A stretch of 64,000 bases of DNA, from positions 287,286-351,285 of the forward strand of contig VGVV01000001.1 in the NCBI GenBank assembly GCA_016873895.1, in the 5' to 3' direction. Positions 27,919 to 36,682 of this stretch are shown here, piece after piece. The notes beneath the pieces were generated by a model. It had not been told where the DNA came from. It saw only the letters and a program-made list of their open reading frames with translations, and did not search any database. This stretch comes from Ignavibacteria bacterium. GTDB taxonomy: Bacteria; Bacteroidota; Ignavibacteria; Kapaibacteriales; Kapaibacteriaceae. Each line of letters starts with the position of its first letter. Within the stretch, counting starts at the first letter, position 1. The translations under genes and the position numbers were made by a program.

Positions 27919-30770
27919 ACGAGCGTCTCGGAATGTAGGAGCGTGTTACCTGCTCCATAGAATGTAACGCGGTAGACTCCCCTGGCAAGAGTAGCAGTGT
28001 TCATATGAGCTTCACCTGCATTGAGCAGCGCACGCATCACTTCGCGTCCTGCTATGTCAAGAATTGCGCAACTCACAGCCCCATGATCATCAGCTACCCG
28101 AACATCTGCATTGGTTGGATTAGGATACAACAAGCTACGTATTGGTGATTGTTCACGTACAGATGTCGTTGCGTCGATTGCGTCACGTACCGCTCTGCGA
28201 GCATCGTCTGCAGATGCTCCAGCACCGATGACAACGCGAAACGACAGAGGTTTAGAGGCACTAACTTGTCCTGTTGTGAGCATCCCAACCGAGCCAGCTA
28301 TGTCGCCTATGGCATCTGTCGCAATGCTAGTACCACTTGTTAGCAGGCGAATTCGATCAGCAGGTGTAAACCCGTCACCGTCGTCAACAATATCCTCTAA
28401 AAGCATACATGCGGTCTGAGCAACATATGACGCGTCAGAGCCTACAGCCGCAACACATACGGAGGCCGGAAAGGCGTCACGGCTTACCAGAAATGCCGCA
28501 CTTTGTTGTCCGCGTAGAGATTCGGGAATGCATGTATAATCATGTACAATCCGATTATCAGATCCGCCTGAACCGAGGTCCCAATCAAAGACATATCCCA
28601 GACCAATGTTCTCCAGAACAGCTGCGTCCGTGCTTGGCCGCACCGTAACGTTCCATACTGTAGCGTGTGATGTTTGAGACGGGAAAACGCATTGCTGCTG
28701 CACTTCGATACCAATTGGCTGGAACGAAGCCGAGTCTGCAGCTATACACGTGGATCGATCTGGAAGACGTCCAAAAGGTTTTGATGCAATGAAATCCGAT
28801 GTAAACGGCGGATCGTTTTTGTAGGCCGCAACCGAGACAGTGCCTTGCATTTGTGCAAACATTCCACCCGAGGCAAGCATCGTAAATGTTGGCTTAAAGC
28901 CAAAGCCATCTCCATACTTGGGATCGAAAGGGGCTGAGTACCCAACCATTCCGTCATCAGACATAGAATAGATCAACTTATCGTTTTCAAAACGGTACAT
29001 CGTTGTAGGAGGTGAGATCATTACAACATCTCTGTCATCATACTTCTCACCGCTCATGATTAGACCCAAAACACATTCACCTGTGCCGATAGCATCAACG
29101 ACTATCAAGATTGGCTGCATGGTCTTTACGCTGTTTCGTTGAATCAACCCAACTGTCTGTGCATCGTTAACGATGCGCAAAGACCACCCATTTAGGTCTT
29201 GAGTTATGAGCTGCGTCTCGAGGTTAACATCGGCCAGATAGTTCGTAAGGCGCAACACAAGCTCAATTGTGTCGCCGGCTCTGTACCGGGATTCTTCCGT
29301 ATTTGCCCTGCGAACAGTTGTGCCAGTTACGCGAACTCCAGGACGTTGAAATGGCTCCGTTGTTAGCGCTTTTTCGGCGTTGATTCGACGTGGCCGAAAA
29401 TCACTGATAGTCATATTCACGAATGAGATATCATCGGATGTCTGCCGAATATGCTCGGCTACCTGCTGAGGAGTCAAGGCGGGCCATTTGCCACGTACCA
29501 ATCCTGCCAATCCTGCAGCAATGGGCGATGCAAAGGATGTACCTGCAACCCCAAACGAGGTGTAGCCTGTAGATACGTCCGTGGTATACGCTGAGTAGCC
29601 TGGTGCATAGACGTCTGCATTGACGCCCACACCACTTGTGTTGGTCACACGGTCGTCTACCGTTGTTTCACCGATGCCAAATACGCCGCGATAACCCGAA
29701 GGGAAGTTCACAAGCCGCCATGCAGCGTTTGGCTCATCTTCTCCATGATTCCCGCCTGATGCCACAACGAGAACATTACTTGCAAGGCAATAATCAATAA
29801 CGGACTGATCAATCTGCGAGTATGGTTTAACCACACCCCAACTTGTGTTTACTACGGGCAAACCACGCGATGCACAGTAGATCAGTGATTGATAGCCAAA
29901 CAGAATACCCCCTCCAGAACGCTTTGAGGTTTTCAATGGGAACATCTTACTCTTGTACCCAACTCCGGCTATTCCCTTGCCATTGTTTGTAGCAGCCGCA
30001 GCTAGACCTGCAACTTTTGTTCCGTGTCCGTAGGCTGTAATACTTGTCGTAGAGCCTGGTTTGGTACCATCTAGCTGGTATGCAAAATTGTAGCCGTTGT
30101 AATCATCGATGTAACCGTTGGCATCGTCATCAAGTCCGTTATCGGGAATCTCTTTGTCATTGATGGCAATATTTGGTCCAAGATCTTCATGATCCTGCTG
30201 AATTCCATCATCGCTGATCACAATAGTTACCGTCTCGGAACCTTGATACACTTCCCATGCTTGCTGGGCGCGGATGGTTTGCAAATGATACTGATTCGCA
30301 ATTTCTGGGTCGTTAGGAATGCTGTTTACCTGGGCCACAAACCATGGTTCTGCAATCTCGAAACGATCAGCATACTTGGTGGTCAGAAGCGAAGCCATGT
30401 GAAAGGGGCTTGCAGGTCCAACGTATACAACAATGTATGTGCGGGTTAAGCGCTCCTCGGATGAGTATAAATCGTGTGCAGATGGAGGGCTTGCTTGCGC
30501 TTGTCGGGTTTCAGGATGAAAAAACCGCGTCCGCTCCGGCGCTAACAACTGCTCTACAATGGCGAATCCATTGGGCATCTGTTCTTGTGCGGTTTCTACA
30601 TCTCGGGCGTGGAGCATCCGAACAAAAAGGTGTTGTTGGAGCACTTCGTACGAGCGCCCGTTGTGCCGAACGCTCATGGTAGCTAACTCTGCCTTGGCAT
30701 GCATCCATGGGGCTAGCAGGAGACCTACGAGAAGAAAGTGGACAAGATGAGTGTAAGTACGTTTGTGCAT
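27909..30770 (-). CDS. Subtilisin-like S8 serine peptidase with a T9SS-type C-terminal sorting domain; paralog of the adjacent gene.
   Basis: S8 motifs (NGYIDDYNGYNF, YGHGTKVAGLAAA, AGTSFASPIAAGLAGL) and a C-terminal CTD (YPNPTNADVRV ... GVYRVTFY). The start was set at the ATG at 30770 (MHKRTYTHLVHFLLVGLLLAPWMHAKA signal). The ORF-track start at 30809 is a TTG. Confidence 0.85.
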   Translation of the reverse strand: MHKRTYTHLVHFLLVGLLLAPWMHAKAELATMSVRHNGRSYEVLQQHLFVRMLHARDVETAQEQMPNGFAIVEQLLAPERTRFFHPETRQAQASPPSAHDLYSSEERLTRTYIVVYVGPASPFHMASLLTTKYADRFEIAEPWFVAQVNSIPNDPEIANQYHLQTIRAQQAWEVYQGSETVTIVISDDGIQQDHEDLGPNIAINDKEIPDNGLDDDANGYIDDYNGYNFAYQLDGTKPGSTTSITAYGHGTKVAGLAAAATNNGKGIAGVGYKSKMFPLKTSKRSGGGILFGYQSLIYCASRGLPVVNTSWGVVKPYSQIDQSVIDYCLASNVLVVASGGNHGEDEPNAAWRLVNFPSGYRGVFGIGETTVDDRVTNTSGVGVNADVYAPGYSAYTTDVSTGYTSFGVAGTSFASPIAAGLAGLVRGKWPALTPQQVAEHIRQTSDDISFVNMTISDFRPRRINAEKALTTEPFQRPGVRVTGTTVRRANTEESRYRAGDTIELVLRLTNYLADVNLETQLITQDLNGWSLRIVNDAQTVGLIQRNSVKTMQPILIVVDAIGTGECVLGLIMSGEKYDDRDVVMISPPTTMYRFENDKLIYSMSDDGMVGYSAPFDPKYGDGFGFKPTFTMLASGGMFAQMQGTVSVAAYKNDPPFTSDFIASKPFGRLPDRSTCIAADSASFQPIGIEVQQQCVFPSQTSHATVWNVTVRPSTDAAVLENIGLGYVFDWDLGSGGSDNRIVHDYTCIPESLRGQQSAAFLVSRDAFPASVCVAAVGSDASYVAQTACMLLEDIVDDGDGFTPADRIRLLTSGTSIATDAIGDIAGSVGMLTTGQVSASKPLSFRVVIGAGASADDARRAVRDAIDATTSVREQSPIRSLLYPNPTNADVRVADDHGAVSCAILDIAGREVMRALLNAGEAHMNTATLARGVYRVTFYGAGNTLLHSETLVCN

Positions 30771-30802
30771 GGCAGTTGGTTTTAGCAGATTGCCAGTTCG
30801 CA

Positions 30803-32497
30803 ATGGCAAACCCTATGGCAGAAGAACAACGATATATCGTAACGGCCCGAAAATGGCGTCCACTTCGTTTTGAAGACGTCGTAGGACAGGAGCATATTAC
30901 AACAACGCTGAAAAATGCCATAGCAAAACAGCGTGTCCACCATGCTTATCTGTTCACCGGACCACGCGGAGTCGGAAAAACTACCTGTGCCCGCATCTTG
31001 GCGCGCGCACTGAACTGCACCCAAAGCGTTGATTTTGAGCCATGTAACAGCTGCGCATCATGCACCGATATGCTAGACGGACGCAGTGTTGATATCATCG
31101 AGATCGACGGTGCATCGAACAACTCGGTTGAGGACGTGCGCAAGCTGCGGGATAGTGCCAAGTACGCCCCTGTTATTGGCAAGTACAAGATGTACATCAT
31201 CGACGAAGTACACATGCTGTCAACGTCGGCGTTTAATGCACTACTGAAGACACTTGAAGAGCCCCCTCCACATCTCATTTTCGTATTTGCCACAACAGAG
31301 ATCCACAAAGTTCCAGCAACCATTCTTAGCCGATGTCAGCGATTTGACTTCCGTAGAATGGAGATCGAGACAATCACGGGCCATCTGCGATACATTACAG
31401 CCAAAGAAGGTATCACGATAGACGAAGCATCATTGGTTGCTATCGCAAAGAAGGCAGACGGATCAATGAGAGACTCACAGTCTATCCTTGACCAAGTTGT
31501 TTCGTTTTGCGGAACAACTATTTCGTCGGCAGAAGTAAGTAATGCTCTTCACCTTATCGATACCGATTTCTACTTTGAGTTAAGCACCGCCATTACGCAG
31601 CACGACCTGCCGTCGATGTTCACTCATGCCCGTACAGTGGTGCAGCGCGGATACGACCTACAGGAATGTTTACTGGGCCTGCTCGAGCACTTCCGTAATA
31701 TCCTTACGGTTATCACCACCGGCAACACCGAGCTGATAGAAGCTTCGAGCAGCGATCTAGACCGTTATGCAACAACCGCATCTGAGTTTACCAAAGCTGA
31801 TGTGCTCCGCATCATGACGCTTATCACACAAGGCGAGTCGGTGCTTCGTCATAATCCGCCACAGCCACGCATTCGGTTTGAGTTTACACTGGTTCAACTT
31901 GCATCCATGGACTCCACCGTAGATCTTGGCAACGTGTTGGCCATGCTCAACGCTCCATCGATACCGGCGACGGTTCCGCCGAGAGCTTCCACACAGGTTG
32001 TAGGGGGCGTTGCGATGGCGCAGCCCATTCCGGTGCGACTAGGAACGCCGGTTATCATGAAGACGCAAGAGAAACCCGTTAGCTCCCTTTCGGCTGGCAA
32101 CATTGCAAAGCAGTGGTCGAAGTGGATTGAGTCGCTCCCAGAACATCTAAGCTTTGTGCACAGTGCAGTAAAACAGAGCGTTCTTACTGTAGACATCACA
32201 GACGTTGGGATTGTGTTGCGTCCACAGGCAGAGATTATCTACCATCGCCTCGAAGACAAACTTCAGCAGCTCAAAGAGTATCTCACCGCTACATACGGAA
32301 CGTCTATCGGGGTGAATCTCGTACGGCCACGTCAAAACGGCACATCGCAAGCCCCTTCCCAACCCAACACCCAACAGGGAACATCTGTGGCCGAGAGCAC
32401 GTTTCCCGCAGCTCAGCACAGGGAGACATTGCTCCCGATTGAAGAAACTCTTGTAGAACTTTTTTCGGCGCGACGCGCAGCAGCGCCAAGGAAATAG
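30803..32497 (+). CDS. dnaX: DNA polymerase III subunit gamma/tau
   Basis: AAA+ clamp-loader motifs (RKWRPLRFEDVVGQEH, LFTGPRGVGKTT, the zinc-module cysteines, SRCQRF). The start is an ATG at 30803 or 30815. The ORF-track N-terminus overlaps the divergent S8 gene. Confidence 0.9.
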   Translation: MANPMAEEQRYIVTARKWRPLRFEDVVGQEHITTTLKNAIAKQRVHHAYLFTGPRGVGKTTCARILARALNCTQSVDFEPCNSCASCTDMLDGRSVDIIEIDGASNNSVEDVRKLRDSAKYAPVIGKYKMYIIDEVHMLSTSAFNALLKTLEEPPPHLIFVFATTEIHKVPATILSRCQRFDFRRMEIETITGHLRYITAKEGITIDEASLVAIAKKADGSMRDSQSILDQVVSFCGTTISSAEVSNALHLIDTDFYFELSTAITQHDLPSMFTHARTVVQRGYDLQECLLGLLEHFRNILTVITTGNTELIEASSSDLDRYATTASEFTKADVLRIMTLITQGESVLRHNPPQPRIRFEFTLVQLASMDSTVDLGNVLAMLNAPSIPATVPPRASTQVVGGVAMAQPIPVRLGTPVIMKTQEKPVSSLSAGNIAKQWSKWIESLPEHLSFVHSAVKQSVLTVDITDVGIVLRPQAEIIYHRLEDKLQQLKEYLTATYGTSIGVNLVRPRQNGTSQAPSQPNTQQGTSVAESTFPAAQHRETLLPIEETLVELFSARRAAAPRK

Positions 32498-32498
32498 C

Positions 32499-32975
32499 AT
32501 GGCTCTAGCAGAAGGCAGTAAGGCACCGTCATTCAAGGCATCAACAGACGGCGCTGGCTCGGTATCGCTGGCCTCGTTAAAAGGCTCGTGGGTTGTTCTG
32601 TATTTCTATCCAAAGGATTCAACATCGGGATGCACGGCAGAAGCTTGCGATTTTCGTGATTCGATGTCGCGGCTTACCAAGTTGGGCGCTGCTGTTGTTG
32701 GTGTTAGTCCCGACAGTGTCAAGTCGCATGATAGCTTCAAAATAAAGTACGAGCTAAACTTTCCCCTCCTGGCTGATACAGAGAAACAGATATGTCAGGA
32801 CTACGACGTCTGGAAAGAAAAGTCGATGTACGGTAAAAAGTACATGGGCGTTGAACGTACGACATATATTATCGACCCTAAGGGCAAAATCGTACGGGTG
32901 TACGAGAAGGTCAAGGTACCGGGTCATGTAGATAGTGTTCTTGCCACTCTGAAAGAGTTGCAAGGGTCTTCATGA
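32499..32975 (+). CDS. bcp: Thioredoxin-dependent peroxiredoxin Bcp/PrxQ
   Basis: VVLYFYPKDSTSGCTAEACDF peroxidatic Cys motif. 158 aa. Confidence 0.9.
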   Translation: MALAEGSKAPSFKASTDGAGSVSLASLKGSWVVLYFYPKDSTSGCTAEACDFRDSMSRLTKLGAAVVGVSPDSVKSHDSFKIKYELNFPLLADTEKQICQDYDVWKEKSMYGKKYMGVERTTYIIDPKGKIVRVYEKVKVPGHVDSVLATLKELQGSS

Positions 32976-34645
32976 TAGACACCCATGCCCATATCGATAC
33001 CGAGGCATTTGATGGAGATCGTGCAGAGGTTCTACAGCGGGCATTCGATTCCGGTGTCGAGGTAATCATTGTTCCAGATATCAAGCCTTCGGCAAGGCCT
33101 AACCTTCGGCAGATTGTAGACGTCACACCAGGACTATTCCGTGGGATCGGCATACACCCTCATCATGCCGGCGAAGTTGATGCCGAGGCACTCGACGTGG
33201 TAGAGGCCGACTGCCAGCAAAGCAAGGTGGTTGCCATTGGAGAAATTGGCTTAGACTACTATTATGACTTCTGCTCTCCTGACGTGCAGAAATTGTACTT
33301 TCGCGAGCAGCTATGCATAGCAAAGCGGCATGATCTTCCAGTAATAGTTCACAATCGTGATGCCGATCAGGACGTGCTGGATATCATCGACCAGGAACAA
33401 GACGGCACTCTTCGTGGCGTTCTGCATTGCTTTTCGAGCGATGTCGCTGTTCTTGATCGAGCCCTTTCACTAGGCATGCATGTATCGTTTACGGGCAACA
33501 TCACGTTTAAGAAGTTCACACTACGCGACGTTGTTGAACGTGTGCCTACAGACAGATTTATGATCGAAACAGACTCACCTTACATGACACCAGTTCCTCA
33601 CAGGGGCAAGCGTAACGAGCCAGCCTTTGTAAGGCTTGTAGCAGAGAAAATTGCGGAGATGCGTTCAATGACATTTGCAGAGATCCAATCAGCTAGCACA
33701 GCTACGGCCAAAAATCTATTTCGCTTAACTCTGTTTCTTGTGCTTGCTACACTAGCACTCGAAGCGCAGCCACGCGTACCAAACGAAGACGATTACGACC
33801 TCGATTCCGAATACGACTATGCTATGGATCAGTATTACGCTGATTCGGCAGCATACGTGCGACTTGTTAAACCGCGCGTCTTCGGCTTCGGCTTTACCAC
33901 AGGCTCTAACACCGTTACAGAACGCAGAACATATCGTCAGCTCTTTTATCGTGGCCGTGGCGAGAATGTTCCCATGAGATGGCGCGATCTTGCGGAAGAC
34001 ACAGTTGCCTCGTTTTCATACCCGTCGCTTTCAACGTTTGGTGCATCTGTTGCCTATCAGCTCACACCACGCTTCCTGCTCGAGGGCACGTACCTGTACA
34101 CAAAGAACGTAGGTGATCGCGCTGACTACAACCTGCCACCGATTGTGACAAACATCGCAGAGCTTTCGGTGTTGTATGCGCTTAACCCTTACAACAAGGT
34201 TAACTTTCTACCACAAACCGGCGTTTCATTCGCGCACACCAACGACGGCATTACGACCACGTCGCGATTTGGTGTTATTGCCGGTATCGGCGCTGGCGTA
34301 GCAATTCCAACGTCCTTCGGCATGTTCTACCCAATGGTGAACGTACGATTCGACTTTATCCTTGGAACGCAGACCGGCATGGTTACATCATCATATCCAG
34401 TGATTGACGCAGAGATCGGTTCGAAGTGGTTTAACCCTAATGGTTTACCACGTGACGAAGCTGTGCGTGCTGCTTTAGCCGACGGACGTATCCAGGAAGA
34501 TCCCGCAAAACCTGGTGAAGGTGTTTACCTGCACAGATATGTAAATCCTGCAACTGGCAAGGCTGTACTTTCTCAAGAGATTGCAGACGTTACTACCATC
34601 TACGCTATACCTCGTCTAACTCTGCTCTATTATCCAAAGTGGTAA
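32972..34645 (+). CDS. tatD: TatD-family metal-dependent hydrolase fused in frame to a C-terminal OMP-like beta-barrel-type domain of about 300 aa.
   Basis: Residues 1-250 carry TatD motifs (MIDTHAHID, EIGLDY, HNRDA, ETDSPY, NLFRL end). There is no stop after this. The frame continues through a signal-peptide-like hydrophobic stretch (TLFLVLATLALEAQ). It then runs through alternating amphipathic strands ending YAIPRLTLLYYPKW. Confidence 0.7.
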   Translation: MIDTHAHIDTEAFDGDRAEVLQRAFDSGVEVIIVPDIKPSARPNLRQIVDVTPGLFRGIGIHPHHAGEVDAEALDVVEADCQQSKVVAIGEIGLDYYYDFCSPDVQKLYFREQLCIAKRHDLPVIVHNRDADQDVLDIIDQEQDGTLRGVLHCFSSDVAVLDRALSLGMHVSFTGNITFKKFTLRDVVERVPTDRFMIETDSPYMTPVPHRGKRNEPAFVRLVAEKIAEMRSMTFAEIQSASTATAKNLFRLTLFLVLATLALEAQPRVPNEDDYDLDSEYDYAMDQYYADSAAYVRLVKPRVFGFGFTTGSNTVTERRTYRQLFYRGRGENVPMRWRDLAEDTVASFSYPSLSTFGASVAYQLTPRFLLEGTYLYTKNVGDRADYNLPPIVTNIAELSVLYALNPYNKVNFLPQTGVSFAHTNDGITTTSRFGVIAGIGAGVAIPTSFGMFYPMVNVRFDFILGTQTGMVTSSYPVIDAEIGSKWFNPNGLPRDEAVRAALADGRIQEDPAKPGEGVYLHRYVNPATGKAVLSQEIADVTTIYAIPRLTLLYYPKW

Positions 34646-34646
34646 G

Positions 34647-35267
34647 ATGACCACGATCCTTTCGGGAACAGCTCTTTCGCACGACCTAGCCATTATTAGG
34701 TCCCGCGACACACATGTTGATGTGTTCCGTGCCGCAGTGCATCGAATAGGACTCCACATTGCTGCCGAAACGCTCAAGTATCTGCCTTCCAAGCAGCACC
34801 ACGTTGATACTCCACTTGAGACAACAACTGTTGACGTCATTGATGGCAACGTAGTTGTGGTACCAATTCTTCGTGCAGGCATGGGGCTTCTCGAGCCGTT
34901 TCTTGCATTGTGTCCAGGTGCTAGTGTTGGCTTCATCGGGCTTAAGCGCAACGAGGAAACACTTCAGCCAAATGAGTATTATCGAAATCTTCCACCATCA
35001 GACGCATCTACAACATTCATCGTTATCGATCCAATGCTGGCTACCGGTGGAAGTATGGTGGCTACGCTTGATCTGCTTCGCCCCCTACCGCATCAACGTT
35101 TGCTCGTTGCGTGTTTGATTGGTGCGCCAGAGGGTGTTCATGCCGTGGACGATGCACATCCCGATGCACACATCATTATTGCTGCATTGGACAGAGAGCT
35201 GAATGATGTGGGTTACATCGTGCCCGGACTGGGTGATGCCGGAGACAGACTCTTCGGCACAACATAA
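34647..35267 (+). CDS. upp: Uracil phosphoribosyltransferase
   Basis: PRPP-binding VVVVPILRAGMG and IVIDPMLATGGS, plus the C-terminal YIVPGLGDAGDRLFGT. 206 aa. Confidence 0.9.
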   Translation: MTTILSGTALSHDLAIIRSRDTHVDVFRAAVHRIGLHIAAETLKYLPSKQHHVDTPLETTTVDVIDGNVVVVPILRAGMGLLEPFLALCPGASVGFIGLKRNEETLQPNEYYRNLPPSDASTTFIVIDPMLATGGSMVATLDLLRPLPHQRLLVACLIGAPEGVHAVDDAHPDAHIIIAALDRELNDVGYIVPGLGDAGDRLFGTT

Positions 35268-35317
35268 CTCGGCTGGCCTCGTCAGATAGCAACGCACGTT
35301 TCTATTACGAGGCTATC

Positions 35318-35521
35318 ATGAAGATCTTTCACTTTGGCGACCATGATGTTGCACGCACAGATATCATCAATGCGAACATTTCAAGCAGCTATGCCGATAC
35401 GTTTCTCTTCGTAGACATTGAGTTGCAGTGTGAGGCTACGATTAGTCTCAATCAGGAAGACTCATTGATCTTTATGGAAGACTTTATGCAACAAGTGCGA
35501 GCAAAAAGCACTACGCACTAA
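35318..35521 (+). CDS. Candidate small ORF (67 aa) in a convergent intergenic region.
   Basis: ATG preceded by GAGG at a 5-nt spacing. No homology recognised. Its 3' end overlaps the stop region of the convergent aminotransferase gene by 11 nt. Confidence 0.25.
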   Translation: MKIFHFGDHDVARTDIINANISSSYADTFLFVDIELQCEATISLNQEDSLIFMEDFMQQVRAKSTTH

Positions 35522-36677
35522 TGCCGTTGTCGAGATATTCTTGGACAGCGCCAACTAGTGCCCGAATATCCGACTCTGAGGTGTGCGCATGGACACTGAA
35601 GCGCAGGATGGGAGCATCCAACCAACGATGCACCACAACTTCGATACAGCGCTCATCATATAACCATGTCTTCATGGCATCAGTATCTGTATTGTCTGGC
35701 AGCATTACTGTGCCAAGCTGCAGCAGCGGGTCTTGTCCTGCCACAGAAATCGAACGCACGCCACCAATACTGCAAAGCATCTTAACGCCCTGCTGAGTTA
35801 ACTCGCGGCACCTATTCTGCACAGACTCCCAGCTATTGCGCCGCATCCATTCAATAGCATAGGGAACTGTGAGAAAGGGGCTATGGTCGCGTGTGCCCAG
35901 AAATTCTTGCTCATCAACGAAGTAGCCATCCTTCGTTGTAGGAATATCCGACCCCCAGCTTACTACGAGTGGCTTCATTCGCTCTAGCCACTGATCACGC
36001 GCCCATAGGAACGCACTTCCTTTGGGTGTACACATCCACTTATGGCAGTTAGCTGTATAGATATCGCAACCAAGTGTTGAGAGGTCAAGTGGTATGTGCC
36101 CAGGCGAGTGCGAGCCATCAACAATTGTAATGATGTCATTCTCGCGTGCACGCTTGCACAGTTCTGCAACAGGAAGCTGCACACCTGTTGGTGAAGTGAT
36201 GTGACTCAGGAAGAGTACGCGCGTCTTCGGTGTAACACCAGACCAAAGAAGCTCGAGCAGATCAGAAGAGTTTGGCACCGGAATAGGGATGTGCTGCTGT
36301 ACATAAATCGCACCCTTGCTCACAGCATGAGCGTTCCATGCACGATTACAAGCCCCATACTCATGATCGTTAGAGAGGATTTCATCACCTGGCTGCAGCA
36401 GTTGGGCGATTGCATGTGCTGCAACATTGACGCCAAATGTTGAATTGGTAATGTACACGAGATTTGATGCCTTGGTGCCAACATAATCTGCCAACACTGT
36501 GCGTGCCTTCTGCATCTGGTGCATAAGCTCACGGAAGTACAATACTGGCTGTTGTTCTAGTTGCTCAATCCATCTGCGTTGCTCTTGGAGAAGCTCTTTA
36601 GGACAGGCACCAAACGACCCGTGGTTCAAGAATGTTATGTCTTCACGTAGGAGATAGTCTTGACGTGTAATCACCAC
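35511..36677 (-). CDS. Class V aminotransferase-fold PLP-dependent enzyme (cysteine desulfurase / isopenicillin-N epimerase-like).
   Basis: Fold-type I PLP architecture, including a lysine-containing segment ANCHKWMCTPKGSAFLW and the N-terminal ITFLNHGSFGACP. 388 aa. Confidence 0.8.
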   Translation of the reverse strand: MVITRQDYLLREDITFLNHGSFGACPKELLQEQRRWIEQLEQQPVLYFRELMHQMQKARTVLADYVGTKASNLVYITNSTFGVNVAAHAIAQLLQPGDEILSNDHEYGACNRAWNAHAVSKGAIYVQQHIPIPVPNSSDLLELLWSGVTPKTRVLFLSHITSPTGVQLPVAELCKRARENDIITIVDGSHSPGHIPLDLSTLGCDIYTANCHKWMCTPKGSAFLWARDQWLERMKPLVVSWGSDIPTTKDGYFVDEQEFLGTRDHSPFLTVPYAIEWMRRNSWESVQNRCRELTQQGVKMLCSIGGVRSISVAGQDPLLQLGTVMLPDNTDTDAMKTWLYDERCIEVVVHRWLDAPILRFSVHAHTSESDIRALVGAVQEYLDNGISA

Positions 36678-36682
36678 GAACC

